NCBI RefSeq assembly: GCF_000143415.4
Contig: NW_003314293.1
Span: forward strand, 461,724-525,723
Reading direction: 5' to 3'
Origin: Selaginella moellendorffii
Lineage: Eukaryota > Plantae > Lycopodiophyta
DNA: 64,000 nt
Made by a program: the position numbers and the translations under genes. The notes under the pieces were generated by a model. It was not told the origin of the DNA and made no database searches. It worked only from the letters and a program-made list of their open reading frames with translations. Below, one piece after another: positions 1 through 12,420 of the stretch (within the stretch, counting starts at the first letter, position 1; the number at the start of each line of letters is the position of its first letter).

Positions 1-121
1 AGTTTATTATCTATAGGTAATACAATTTTGTCAATAAAAAAAAGGTGAGGGGGGGGGGGGGGGGGTAGGGGGAGGGGGATGAATAATATCATAGGGTATG
101 AATTATTAGTGGCTGGAATTT

Positions 122-670
122 TCAGTAGGATGGCCTAGAAATACCATATTCAACACTTGTGGATGTAGGATTTACTAACGGAATATTGTTCCTCACCATG
201 AAATGATAATGATTGTGTGTTCTTAACTCTTTCTTGATTTTCTTATACATCCATTTATGCACACCTTCCACACCAGTTCTTGGGCAGTTGTGACAGTGTT
301 CTAGAAAAGTCTCTAGACCCATACAGCCTTCCGTTTTATCTAAATAAAAGTAGCAGATGGGACACTGGAGATAATATGTGTTCATTCTTTCAAAAGTTTC
401 AACCATATCGGGAGCAAGATCTTGAAGAAACATTTGGCATCGCTCTTGAAGCACATAAGGCAATCCATCTTTAGTAGCAACATTTAGAACATTATCTGGA
501 AGAGGGATCTTTTGTTCAGTCACACTTGGGGCTACAAAAGAAAAAGCCTCACAACAATTGATGTATGGAGGGAACGGTGGAATGTTGGTAAAAGTTGGAG
601 ATGGAGGTGGAGACTCATATGAAATGCATGGGGGCCAAGTGCGAGTAGCAATAGCATTTTCCCTAGCCAT
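122..670 (-). CDS. Intronless orphan protein, Cys/His-rich (CPIC...HCxxC, possible Zn-binding); paralog of 929-1492
   Basis: 182-aa ORF sharing long blocks with the neighbouring ORF (YESPPP, CCEA, LQERCQxFLQDLA, NTYYLQCPIC, GCMGL, EGVHxWMYKKIKKEL, NNIPLVN); many differences are synonymous. Confidence 0.6.
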   Translation of the reverse strand: MARENAIATRTWPPCISYESPPPSPTFTNIPPFPPYINCCEAFSFVAPSVTEQKIPLPDNVLNVATKDGLPYVLQERCQMFLQDLAPDMVETFERMNTYYLQCPICYFYLDKTEGCMGLETFLEHCHNCPRTGVEGVHKWMYKKIKKELRTHNHYHFMVRNNIPLVNPTSTSVEYGISRPSY

Positions 671-928
671 TCCTACACTCTAAACAAACTGAAATTTCAA
701 TGTTGAAAGCATCCCTTGTTGGTATTTATACTAAGAAAAGATCTAGGGGTTCTTGAAAGTTTAAATTGTCAGTCTCAAAAATGGGACTTCAAAATTATAA
801 CAGTGTCAGAACCACTTGTATATATAATAATATCTTTATACATGCTAGAATAATATCATTCTTGAAAATATAAGATTCTCCACTTTACTCATAAAGAATT
901 AACCTTTTGAAAAAACTATGCATGACTT

Positions 929-1492
929 TCACATTACATTAAAGGGTGGCCTAAATATCCCATATTCAGCACTTACTGATGTAGTGTTCACCAATGGAAT
1001 ATTGTTCTCCACCATGAAATCATAATAGCTGTGTGTTTTTAATTCTTTCTTGATTTTCTTATACATCCACGCGTGCACACCTTCCAAACCCGCTCTTGGG
1101 CATTTGCGACAATGCTCAATAAAATTTACCAAACCCATGCAACCATCTGTCTTGTTTAAATAAAAGTTGCATATAGGACACTGAAGATAATATGTATTTA
1201 CATTAATCTCCCCTGCCATATCTAGAGCAAGATCTTGAAGAAAATATTGACATCGCTCTTGAAGCATTGGAGGCAATCCAACTTTTTTAACATCATAAGG
1301 AAGGAGTTTTTGTTTAGTTGCATTTGAGGTCGTAAATGGAAGAGCCTCACAACAACCCTCAAAATGAAAAGGAGGATTGTTGTGTAGAGGTGAAGGTGGA
1401 TTATTAGTTGAGATTGGAGATGGAGGTGGAGACTCATATGAGAAGCCTTCGGGACCAAAAGTAAACTTCTTCCTAACCATTGCAACACACAA
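929..1492 (-). CDS. Intronless orphan protein, tandem paralog of 122-670
   Basis: 187-aa ORF with the same conserved blocks; probable start is the ATG of MVRKK. Confidence 0.6.
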   Translation of the reverse strand: MCVAMVRKKFTFGPEGFSYESPPPSPISTNNPPSPLHNNPPFHFEGCCEALPFTTSNATKQKLLPYDVKKVGLPPMLQERCQYFLQDLALDMAGEINVNTYYLQCPICNFYLNKTDGCMGLVNFIEHCRKCPRAGLEGVHAWMYKKIKKELKTHSYYDFMVENNIPLVNTTSVSAEYGIFRPPFNVM

Positions 1493-2956
1493 GAAGAATT
1501 AAACTTCCTAGCAATAAGAATTCTCTTATTAATATACTATATTTCAATCTCGGGAATGATGTTTTATTATGACATGACACTATAGTGAATGATAATTGTC
1601 AGTCTTAGTAATTACAACCTACTATGAGAAACAAGTGGCTATAGGGTTTCAGAAGCTAAAAACTAGCATATAATTAATATGTAGCCTTATTTTATATAGT
1701 TGGCCTGCCATATATAATAATAGCGAATATACACAGGCACGCGAGTATGCCTTTTTGCAAGATTACCTTTCAATCCCAAAATCATATATAGATTTAATTC
1801 TTTGATTTGTCTACATCATATATCTTTGCAAAGACAAAACATATCAAAAGGAATAAAATATATATAAAAAACTTACATTTTTTTATAATATTTTAGTGGA
1901 TTACAAAAGCCATTGAAAGGTTTATAGAGTGGATTTATTAATGCTTTCCGTTGTGCTGTCCATTTCTTCTTTTCTCTTGCTCTAGATTGTTGTTTCGGAA
2001 GTAACAAGAGCATTTTTATCAATTAGTGACAGTGGTCTCTACATTCCCGGATGGGTAATAAGGACCAGGTGTGTAATATGGAGATTGTGGTAGTGAAACA
2101 AAATTCATATTCTCACATTTCTGTATGCTAGAACTACTTACAGATTTTGTGTCTTCCTTACTTCCCATCTCTGTAAACCCTAAAGAATGAATGAGTGAAT
2201 CAGTGTTTCGAATTATTGATATAGTTCTGGTCAATTGTTTGAAATGTTGAAATGTACAATAGAAATTTCCAGTTCATCGAACTTCAATATCCCATTTATT
2301 TGGGACCAATAAAGCCCAAAAATTTCTATGGGTTCAGACGAACTTCTAATTCTAGAAATTGTATAAACTGCATTAGAAAGATTCAAAAAATAAAAATCTC
2401 TCTAAACCATTGATACTTAAACTCATAAATTTCAAGTTCACCAAAGAATAACATTTTTCTAACTTAATATTTCCTTATAAAACTTATCGTTGACTATGTT
2501 GACTAGCATTGACTTGAGCTGAATTGAGCTCAACTCGTGAGCTCAACTCAACTTTGGACCATCCCCGTATTGGAGGAGTTTGTTTCGTGTTGGTCTTTGG
2601 TACGTTTGATGATGAGTCTTGAGAGATTTGTTAGTCTCTAAGTCTTATTTTTGGTTAAAGTTCTTTAAGTTGTTTTTCTTCATATTGTTTCCTTGAGCTT
2701 GACTCTTCAAAATCTTTCTTGTGTTGGATTTTTGAACTTGAGCTTTGTATTTTTTGATTGTGTTGAGTTCTTGAGTTTGAACTTCGTAAACTTTGAATGT
2801 GTTGAACTCTTGAAATCAAGTGTTCATAATCTTGATCCCTTGGTCTTCATACTTGTAGCTCTTGTTGATGTTTTGCTTTTGAACTTTAAAGTTGAAACCT
2901 TTATTTTTTTCAAGGTTGCTATTGATGATGTTTGAGTTGTACAATTGGTATCTTTT

Positions 2957-3151
2957 TGTAAGCAACTAAAGGGAACGACTCGAGAGATGATCCCTAGGGG
3001 TTCAAATATAAAGGGAAAGGGCTCATGAATAAAACTGCACCCTCTTTTCCAATTGATTAAGGGTTTTGGGATATTTGGGGTTAAGTGTCCTTGGGTTTGA
3101 ATAGTATTAGGTTAAGTGACCTCCTGGGAAGTCTAAATTCAGGAGCTTACA
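2957..3151 (+). mobile_element. Solo LTR of the 5S-containing TRIM family
   Basis: TG...CA, ~195 bp, homologous to LTRs 4689-4883 and 5090-5284; contains GTTAAGTGTCCTTGGG...GTGACCTCCTGGGAAGT. Confidence 0.8.
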
Positions 3152-4688
3152 TTCTTGAGTTTATTGAAGTTGATAGTTTGGAGATGTTTGCCATCAAGTG
3201 TTGCAATTGCTGTTGTTTCTGGAGTTTTGAATTCTTGGATGAGGAATGGTCCTTCCTATCTTGACTTCACTTTGGAGCCAATTTTCTTGATCTTTCCTCA
3301 AAACTGAAGTACTTGATCATTGATCTTGAATTTTTTATTTTTCTTTAATTTTTTCTTTTTGTTATGGTTGGCTTTTTGTCGAGCTTGAATGGCTTCGAGT
3401 GTTTAAATTTCTTGTAGTCTTTCTTCGTCAAGTTTTTCTAGCATTGTTAGTCTTCTCTTGATTGATTCTTCTTGGTTGATCTTGTAGTGTATTGCCATTT
3501 GCAGTGAAAGAACGATGTACTCAAGTGGTGTTAATGCTTCTAAGCCATAGGCAAATTTGAATAGTGTTGAATTTGTTGAAACCTTATATATGGTTCGATA
3601 TGCCTATAGGGCATCGTGGATGCAATCATCCCAGTTTTTCTGATTTGTCTTCATGATTTTCTTAAGGATATTCTTGAGTGTCTTTTTTATAGACTCTACT
3701 TGATTGTTGCCTTGAGGGTAATATAGTGTTGAAGCCTTGTGCTTGATCATAAATTCTTGAGTTAGAATTTTGATGGTTTCATTGATGAATTGTGTTCCTC
3801 AATCTATGATGAGTTCTCGAGGTAGGCCGTATCTTGTGATAATATTTTCATAGATGAACTTTATTGTGTTCTTTGCTATTACAATCTTATTAGTTGAGCT
3901 TTTGCCTATTTTGTCATGACGTCAATCACTATGAGGATGTGTTTATTTTCTTTGTAGCTTATTATGAGTGGTCCAATGAAGTTAAGTCCCTATCATTGAA
4001 ATGGTTCCTGTTGGATGAAGTTCTTGAGTTTGTTTCTTCAGTGTATACTTGGTTTGTTAACAAATGTTGCATTCTTGACAAAATTTTGCTAAATCATGCT
4101 AAAGTGTTTGCCACTAAAGTCTTGCTTGCAAAATTTTTTGAGCTGTGATTTCTTCTGCTGAAAATTAGAAGAAATTCTAGTATAGTTAGGCCTGCGATTG
4201 CAACTAGCTATGCTAGTTTGTTGCTGTGGTTGCAAAATGACAAAGAGCTTTTGATGTCATTAATCTTGTATTGGTACAATAATTCTTGCCCTAAAACAAC
4301 CTACCAAACACACAAGTTAATTAGAAACTAACTTGAGACTTTCGATCCTCATGTGAGTGGTCATGAATAAAGATAAACTTGACATTACTAGAATACTCCA
4401 AGTCTTGAGCAAATGGATGTGCATTGGTGATAAGCTAGAATATAATAGAGATATGGATAGGGGTCAAGTGCTAATTCTCCCCCTTAACTACTCCTCTATA
4501 GTGGCAACTGCCACTTCTTCCTGAGTCTTGACTATCAAGATTGTAACCTTAAATGTTAACATTGTAATTTTAAATATCAAGAAAATGCTTGAATGTATGG
4601 TTAATTTGTTCATATTGTTTGTTGGCTTGTTCATATTGTTTGCTAGGTTTATGAATAATCTTGAAGTTGTATTTCTAAAGCAGTAAGA

Positions 4689-5284
4689 TGTAAGCAACCA
4701 AAGAGAACGACTCGAAAGGTGATCGATAAGGGTTCAAATATAAAGGGAAAGAGCCCATGAATAAGAGTGCATCCCTTTTTCCAATCGGTTAAGGGTCTTG
4801 GGATACTTGGGATTAAGTGTCCTTGAGTTTGAATAGCACTGGGCTAGGTGACCTCCTAGGAAGTTCAAATTCATGAGCTCACATTTGGTATTAGAGAAGT
4901 CTTAAGTCTGACTCTGTTAGTTAGCTAGAGGAATCACACCACATGTTGATTTACATCTGGCAAGGGTCCAATGTGCTCCGGCTGGGCTTAACCCGAGGGG
5001 TAGGGTGTCAAGAGAGCAGGGCTCTCAGAAGAGCTGTGGTTTTAACTTTTGTTCACGAGGGTGTGAACTTGCAAAGAAGCGTGGTGGATTGTAAGTAACC
5101 AAAAAGAACAACTTGAAAGGTGATCCATAAAAATTCAAATATAGAGGGAAAGGACCTATGAATAAGAGTGCACCCCCTTTTCCAATCAGTTAAGGGTCTT
5201 GGGATACTTGGGGTTAAGCGTCCTTGGGTTTAAATAGTACTAGGCTAGGTGACTTCCCAGGAAGTCCAAATTTAGGAGCTTACA
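4689..5284 (+). mobile_element. Complete TRIM with 5S rRNA-derived segment in its LTRs (Cassandra-like)
   Basis: LTRs 4689-4883 and 5090-5284 (TG...CA), PBS tggtattagag at 4886, purine tract before 5090, perfect 5-bp TSD TAAGA, non-coding ~200-bp interior. Confidence 0.9.
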
Positions 5285-7236
5285 TAAGAACCATCGAGCA
5301 ATTCTACCAGTAAGGATGGTTTTGTTAAGGAGGTGTAGAAGTGCTTTGTGGTTTACCATGATCTTGACTTTGGTGCCAAGTAGGTAGTGTTAAAAATTTG
5401 GTAGTGTGTAAACTATTTCTAAAGCTTCTTTTTTATTGATGGTATAGTTTAGCTCAGTTGAGTTGAGTCTTCAGCTAGTATAGTAGATTGGTCGGTCTTT
5501 GAGGTCTTGTTGTTGTTGTTGAGAAAGTATTGCTCCAATAGGGTAGTTAGAGGTGTCAATTTATGTGTTGAAGTCTTTATCCCAGTTTGGTTGAACAAGT
5601 ATTGGAGCTCTTGTTAATGAATTCTTGAATATGTTAAATACTTGCTAATAGTCTTGAGCCTAGTTGTAGATGTGATTTTTCTTCAAAAGCTCTATGAGGG
5701 GTTTTACAATTTTTGTGTAATCTTTTATGAAGAGTAAATGGTATCTCATTTTGCCGAAGAAGAATCGTAGTCTGGTGATGTTTGTGTGAAACACAAATCT
5801 CTAATCCCCCAAGTGCAGCCAAAAAGATGCCATATAGTTGTGGTTAACGTGGAAGTCCAACAAGCGTAACATGTTTGGACTAAAGGCTCCAACTTGGAAA
5901 ATCAAGAGTGGGAGTGGAACTCTAAATGAAGTGCTCAAGGGATGAGCATGAAGCAATCGATAGATAAGTCTCTAAAAAAATACATAGAAAAGACTGACAC
6001 ATGGCAAGTGTTGTGACACATGGAAGTGTTAAGAATGAGTTTCAGAAGGAGTCCTAGATAGAAGTCTGAGATGGAGTCCGATATGGACCCAAGATAGACC
6101 TGATATGAATCTGAGATGGACCCAAGATGAAGTCCAAGATGGACCCGAGATGGAGCCTGAGATGGACCCAAGATGCAGTCTGAGATGGAGTCCAAGATGG
6201 ACCCGAGATGGAGTCCAAGGTTGAGTCCAAGATGAACTTGAGATGGAGTCCAAGATGGACCCATGATGGAGTTTGAGATTAAGTTTGAGGTTGAGTCTGA
6301 GATGGACTTGAGATGGAGTCCAAGGTCAAGGCCGAGAAAGAGACTAAGACCAAGATCAAGACTAAGACCAAGTCCGAGTCTGAGTCCAAGTTCAAGTTTG
6401 AGTCCAAGGGTGAAAGCCCAAAGTAATCGTCTCCCAAACCCTTAATGCTCTATTTTGTTAAAGTGGGATTTATTCAGTAAAATGGTACTAGGTACAAATT
6501 TTCAAGTATTTGAAAATGACGTGAAATTATATGTTTTTTGTCTAGGGGCTAGACATATCTGGGGCATGGTGACTAGCACGGTGACTTTGTGTCCAGACTG
6601 AGTCCATCTGGTTGTATAATAAATCTCATTGTCAAGGTGAACAAGCCGAATCTGAAGCTAAAGAAGAGCGATGGCATGCGCGCACACACTATTTGTTTGT
6701 TCATTGAGTGTGTGGTGAGCTTTCCAAGATGAACGTCATTCCTATTAGCTAAACATATAACTTAATGGTGAGAACATTTAGATATTATTCAATGTTATCT
6801 TTTTCTAACGAATCTAATTGTGAAGGTGTAGCAAGAGGTATTGCTAGTTTGGAGAAGTCATTTAACTCATTTGACCCTTAGTGTATTTTCATGAAACTAA
6901 ATAACATTCATATTATTAAGGAATTTCTCTAGTACCTTTTTTTTACGACATAGAGGCTTGCATTTCTTTCAAAGGTGATTTAGTAAAAGACCTGAGGGCA
7001 CATGCCATTCTATTTCTTAGACCGGTATTAAGATATACTAGTGCAAAGGGAAAAAGGTATTTGGTGATCAAGTAAATGGCATGAGGGCACACGCCATTAT
7101 AAGCCTAAGCGCTAGTGGACACCTCCTTTTTGGTGTCACGCCTCACGCCATCACGCCATGCCATCACGCCTCCTCTGATTCAGATTCGGATTGTTCACCT
7201 TGAAATAAAATACATTAGAAACTTAATAAAGGAATA

Positions 7237-10065
7237 TTAATGAATCTCACCTTGAACCCGGGTTATGAATGCTCTTGCTGCATCTCTTGCATGGTCTGGC
7301 AAGGTGATGGTGGCACTCTGCTTCTGCATCCAACCATGCACAACATTATCCACCGATATGCTCATGCTGGGATCCCTTGGATTCAGCACCCATCTCTTTT
7401 CTAGGCAATCCTTCGTATATCCGGAACTTGGCTTGAACCACTCCACAGTTACATTGAAGGAGTTAGTTTCCGCGTCCTCCTCTGCATCAGTGATGCAGCG
7501 CCCCACCCATATCATTTGTTTTTTATTACTGGGTCTGACAAGCACGACCATTCCTTTGCAGATCTGTACTGGATTGAATGCTGAATCTGGCTTCTTGTTC
7601 CTCGGCCCACAATAGTGATCCTCAACATCGTTATCTGTTACTGCATTTCCAGAGGACATTGTTCCGCTACTATCTGGTGCTTTGGATTCTGGCCAAAAGG
7701 ACTCTTCCAATTCTTCATATACAACCGGCCCATTTTGGATAGCAGATATAATCTTCTCCCAATATTCGAGCAAAGGCTTGCACCTCTTAAAATAGGATTC
7801 TCCACCAAACACCAACCCCCTCTTCCAGAAGGCAATATGCTGTCTAATCCCGGCCACTATACTTTCCTGGTCTTTGAGTCCATTCGGGTGCATCGGCCGT
7901 GGGGAACCCTGAGGAATCATAGGTTCCCCAGTTATGGGATTTCTCTTGAAGAGTTCAATGCCGTCCACTGGCAGCCACACTGTGTCCCATTCTCTCATCT
8001 TGTACCTCATCACTGGAGCACCGTCACGCATGTTGAAATGAAACTGAAGAGGCTTGGAGTGGCCAATCAACGTTTCGGATCCGTCCCTGATGTAGCCTCT
8101 TACAAACCCCTTAAAGTCTGGAACCTCTGTCACAAGTGCAGCTTCAACAGTGCCTTTGATGCAATTTTGGAATTCATCGTAGAGTTGTGGGAGGGTGAGG
8201 ACATTGGATCGCCGGAGGGACTCTGCCAGGTGACTGAACATGGCATCGACATCTTCATGAGTGTGCCCAACCATGAGAAAGCCAAGTGTAACCGTTTCAA
8301 ATATGCCTTTGGCAACAAGCATCGCCAAGTACGCGAAGACATACATGTTTTTGTTCTCACTGCCAGCATTGTCTGTTTGGAGCAGAAGATGGGGTGGAAG
8401 GCCACATCGGCCACAAGAACTTCCTTGAGATTCTGCTTCGTTTGGATGAGGCTGTGCATTCACCGGGCGACCAGCCTCGTTGGAACGAGGCCATGAGGCC
8501 TCACGTGATAACCCTACAATCTAATGGCCAACATATTCACTGGGATGGCATGGGGCCCCACGCGATACTGCAAGCCTTTGCTCCTCCTCCAGCTGAAACC
8601 TGTATGGGGTTCGATCGACAAGGGCCTTATGCAAGGGTTGGCCGTTCAGCTCAGTCTGCGCACTTTGCAAAAACCTTAAGTGTTTTGCTAGGGATGCAAT
8701 CATCATGTTTGCACCCTCGCCACCCCATAGAGGTACAAAGAAGTTCCCATAGTTCTGGGCACCATGCCCATGAGTGATTATGCCAAACAAAGACACAGGC
8801 AGCTGCATGGATGAAGAGATTGCCTTGGGGGCAGGATTGAGTCGAGGTAAGCACGTCTTTTTCTGGTCCATTTTGTCATGGATGATGCAGAGGTAAGAGT
8901 CAGGTCTCTCCATGGAGAGAATCCTGCTATGATAATATGTAGTCCTGCAGCTTCTCTGCTCGATGTTGTGGTCGAGCCGCCTTCTAACCAATGTCTCTCG
9001 CTCTTGAGCGATGCAAGAATTCTTCGACAAAGCCATTTTGATAGCAGTGCACTCGTCACACTTTGAAAAGCTAGAGTACTTTCCTATACTCACATCCCTG
9101 AACCTGTTGCTCCACAATCTACTAAATCTAGATTGGCTCAGCTTCCTGTAGCCATTACTCTGGAGTTCCCGATTCACATCTTCCAATATGGCCCCCTTGG
9201 TATACATGGAAGGGAGAACTCGTTGGGTGTCTCGAGTTCCATCTTCCAAGAGGCGGGTTTTATGTGGTTGCTGCTCGCTACATGTCTCGACAAACCTCTT
9301 GAAGATTGCCTCTTCATATACAACATGACCCCTGGTTTTGTGAGTACCGTCGTTCCTATAGACTGCCTGTTGAACCCTTTGTTCCTCGAACTCAGTTTTG
9401 ATTCTGTAGAATGTGGTTCGAGGGACTCCATAAATGATTCTCCATGCCTTCATGCAGACCAAACCCCTCTGGAAGACCATGCCCCCCACCTGATGTTCTG
9501 AAGCATCAACAGATGACCGTAATGCCTCATACACAAAATTGCGAGCTGCCTTCCAGGACAATGTCTTGTATCTTGCTCTCTCCTCTTCAATAGCATCCCA
9601 ATTAGCATGTTAACAGCACCTCCTCTTGCAACAAGCAGCTGTCGAGACCATTTGAACCTCCATCGCCATTTTTTGCCTTTTTGGTTTGTTGCTCAGATCC
9701 CTTTGGCTGCACTTTAGGAAGGTGTACTTTCTTTTCCCATGAAGAGATGTTCTGTCATCAGTTGTAGTGGTGTTTGATTGTGAATCCTTCACATTCTCAA
9801 ACACTAAGTGCCTCAATTTCCACCACACAATGCTTCCAATAGTCAGACTGTTTTCTTCTGTGTCAACAACCTCTAAAATCACAACTCCAATATCATCCCA
9901 GCCCAATTCTTGATTAGCAACCGCATCTCTTGGATCGACAACTATGGCTAAGCCCTCAGCTACCACCTCCCCCTCGGGGTTGTTTAGAAACACTTTTGCC
10001 TGAATCCATGTAGCACGGTTCTTAAGATCCACGGAGAGAACATGCGTCGCACTTGTGGAGGCCAT
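7237..10065 (-). pseudogene. Transposase of copy 1, disrupted
   Basis: Collinear with 38282-41350; in-frame stops at 9610 and 8521 (C>T changes); 81 N-terminal codons deleted. Confidence 0.9.
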
Positions 10066-11360
10066 TCTGAAAGTGCAGAAAAGAAGTTAAGACCATACAA
10101 AAAATGATTGGAGAATGGCCTAAATCATAACATACCAAACAACCTCAATAGCATGAGGCCACATGCCATTATTCAAACATGCTATTGACACCCACGTGAA
10201 ATTTTGCATTCACAAAATTGGCATGAGCCCTCATGCCATCTTGATATACACACAGCTGCAGGCAAGTAAAAACATACATGACAATACGCTAGCATTGAAA
10301 TTGCAAGGGCCCAAGATGGCATGTGGCCTCATGCCATTTCTAAATGTGGTCCTAAGCCATTCCATGGTGAACATACCAGGAAGCACAAGTGCCGAATATC
10401 AAGAGGAAGCGGTAGCCACACCAAAGATAGTGCCGCTCGCAACACCGCAACTACTCGTAGCGCGGCTCGCAACACCGCAACTGCTCGTAGCGCCGCTCGC
10501 ACAAACTGCCACTCGCATAAACTGCCGCTCGCAATGGCGCTCGCAATGCCGCAACCGCTCGTAGACGCATAAACCACAGCTCACAACGCCGCTTACACAA
10601 GCAACGCTCACTGCGCTCAGCGGAACCAAGAACACGGCGCACAAAAATGATAGACTTAGGAATGAGTTCGAGAATTCAAAAATAACACACGCTTGAACGT
10701 CACATCAAATCCTCTAACAAACCAGATCTTATGATTCCTCTGAAAAATTTCAAACTGAGTAGCTTCTAGACTTTGCTGTCGGAGGTTGAACTTTGTCACA
10801 TCATGTCCTTGCCTCGATCCAGCTGTGCCATGTCAGTGATTCGAACTTTGCCATGCCATGTCAGCGATCCGCGCCAAGATTATTCGCCGTGTAAAGGAAT
10901 AATTATGCTGTGTGTGTACGTCCATTTATGGCAATATAAGACCACACGCCATTCAAAGAATAATGCTAGTCGAGCATTTTTTGGTGCATTTTTGGGCTCA
11001 AAATTGCATGAGCCCACACGCTATAAAGTTTACCTGTACCAAAAATAGAAACAGCTTTATTTACTTGGGAATTTAAGTGGTTGAGGCATTTTTAAACTTA
11101 CAAACACATGCCCTACTTACATTCCTTTGGTTGCTTAAAATTCAAAAATATTATAAACCTTTCTTTTTGCATTTTCAATGTTTTCAATTATGGTTTTTGA
11201 TTTTCGCAGGACCAGCCTAGTAATCTATTTGCATCCCGTCATGTTTATAGCTAGCTTTTGTTTGTCCCCTTCGCTAGCCTGAGATACATCTGCTCGGCAT
11301 CTGCCTCTTACAGCATTTGCCCAGAAAGGGCATCTTTCTTCACGCAACATTTGCCACATG

Positions 11361-11386
11361 TTTAGGGTTTAGGGTTTAGGGTTTAG
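11361..11386 (+). repeat. Plant telomere-type repeat (TTTAGGG)3+ inside the transposon
   Basis: tttagggtttagggtttagggtttag. Confidence 0.9.
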
Positions 11387-12420
11387 CAATTCAGTAGCTT
11401 GATAAACATGCAAATACAGAACTTGATGCAAAATCCTTTGATATGTCACAATGCCCCTAGGACCATAAACACATTTCAATAGAGAGGGTCCTTTCATTTC
11501 ATAACTCCTTATGTAGATCTTGGTGAAACCAGAGTTAGTGAAGTTGGTTTCTTTGTGATCCTGCATCTGATTGTGATGTCCCTTTGCAGTGTCGATGGAA
11601 AGGTCAATGCACACCAAATGTAGAATCTTGGAGCAAAATAACGGTCGGATCTATGGCAAATGCCCTTGAAACATTGTAAGGCTCGTGTGGTCTCATGTGG
11701 TGTCCGATCGAGATGCTTCTTTGCAGGGTCATCAAGAAGGACATTGTATACCATTCTTTATTTAGCTGAACATCTGGCATTTTTGGAAATACAAGATGCT
11801 TTGGAATATCCAATCATGCATGGTATAAATATAGCGAGGGTATTAAATGATATCCCAATCATGATCTTTCTTTTGGATTTCACGTGCATGCAGTCCGAGG
11901 AATGATGACGTTGCGGATTTCTTTTGGATTTCACGTGCATGCATGCGCGCGGCGATCCAGAAATTAATGGTGGCGCCCAAATCCGAGGAATGATGACGTG
12001 GCAGGATTACCAACCATCGTGACATTTCGCACGTGTGAGGTTAGGTTTTGCATTTTGCTTTGTACTCGCGCTCGCACACTCACGCTCACATGGCGCTCCC
12101 ACTCGCGATCACGCTCACATTCGTGCTCATCTACCTTCTCTACAGGTTTCTCGTGTGCATCGGCGTCCACTTGCGCTTGCATCACACTCGCGCTCGCATC
12201 GTGCTCGTGTGCATCGGCGTCCACTTCAAGACACACCTAGTTTGTAACTTCGCCGCCCACTCCGCCACCCACATGCAGCCCACTTGGCGTCCCGGGAGAT
12301 TTTAGCGCCACTCTCCAACTGTAAGTGGCAGAGTAGCCTTGCTGCTATGATCCGCTGCACACACAGTGCACATTCGCCAGCGAGTCCGGCCTCGATTGTC
12401 ACGCCTTCATTCGGCTTCAA

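Noticed and set aside
47-78. Poly-G run
   Set aside because: Simple homopolymer with no supporting context
5213-5267. 5S rRNA gene
   Set aside because: Only the internal promoter portion is present, embedded in TRIM LTRs
5935-6445. ORFs rich in LGLHLG/SRTRS repeats (also ~18.4-19.0, 25.1-25.3 and 59.3-59.7 kb)
   Set aside because: Translations of LTR hexamer arrays, not genes
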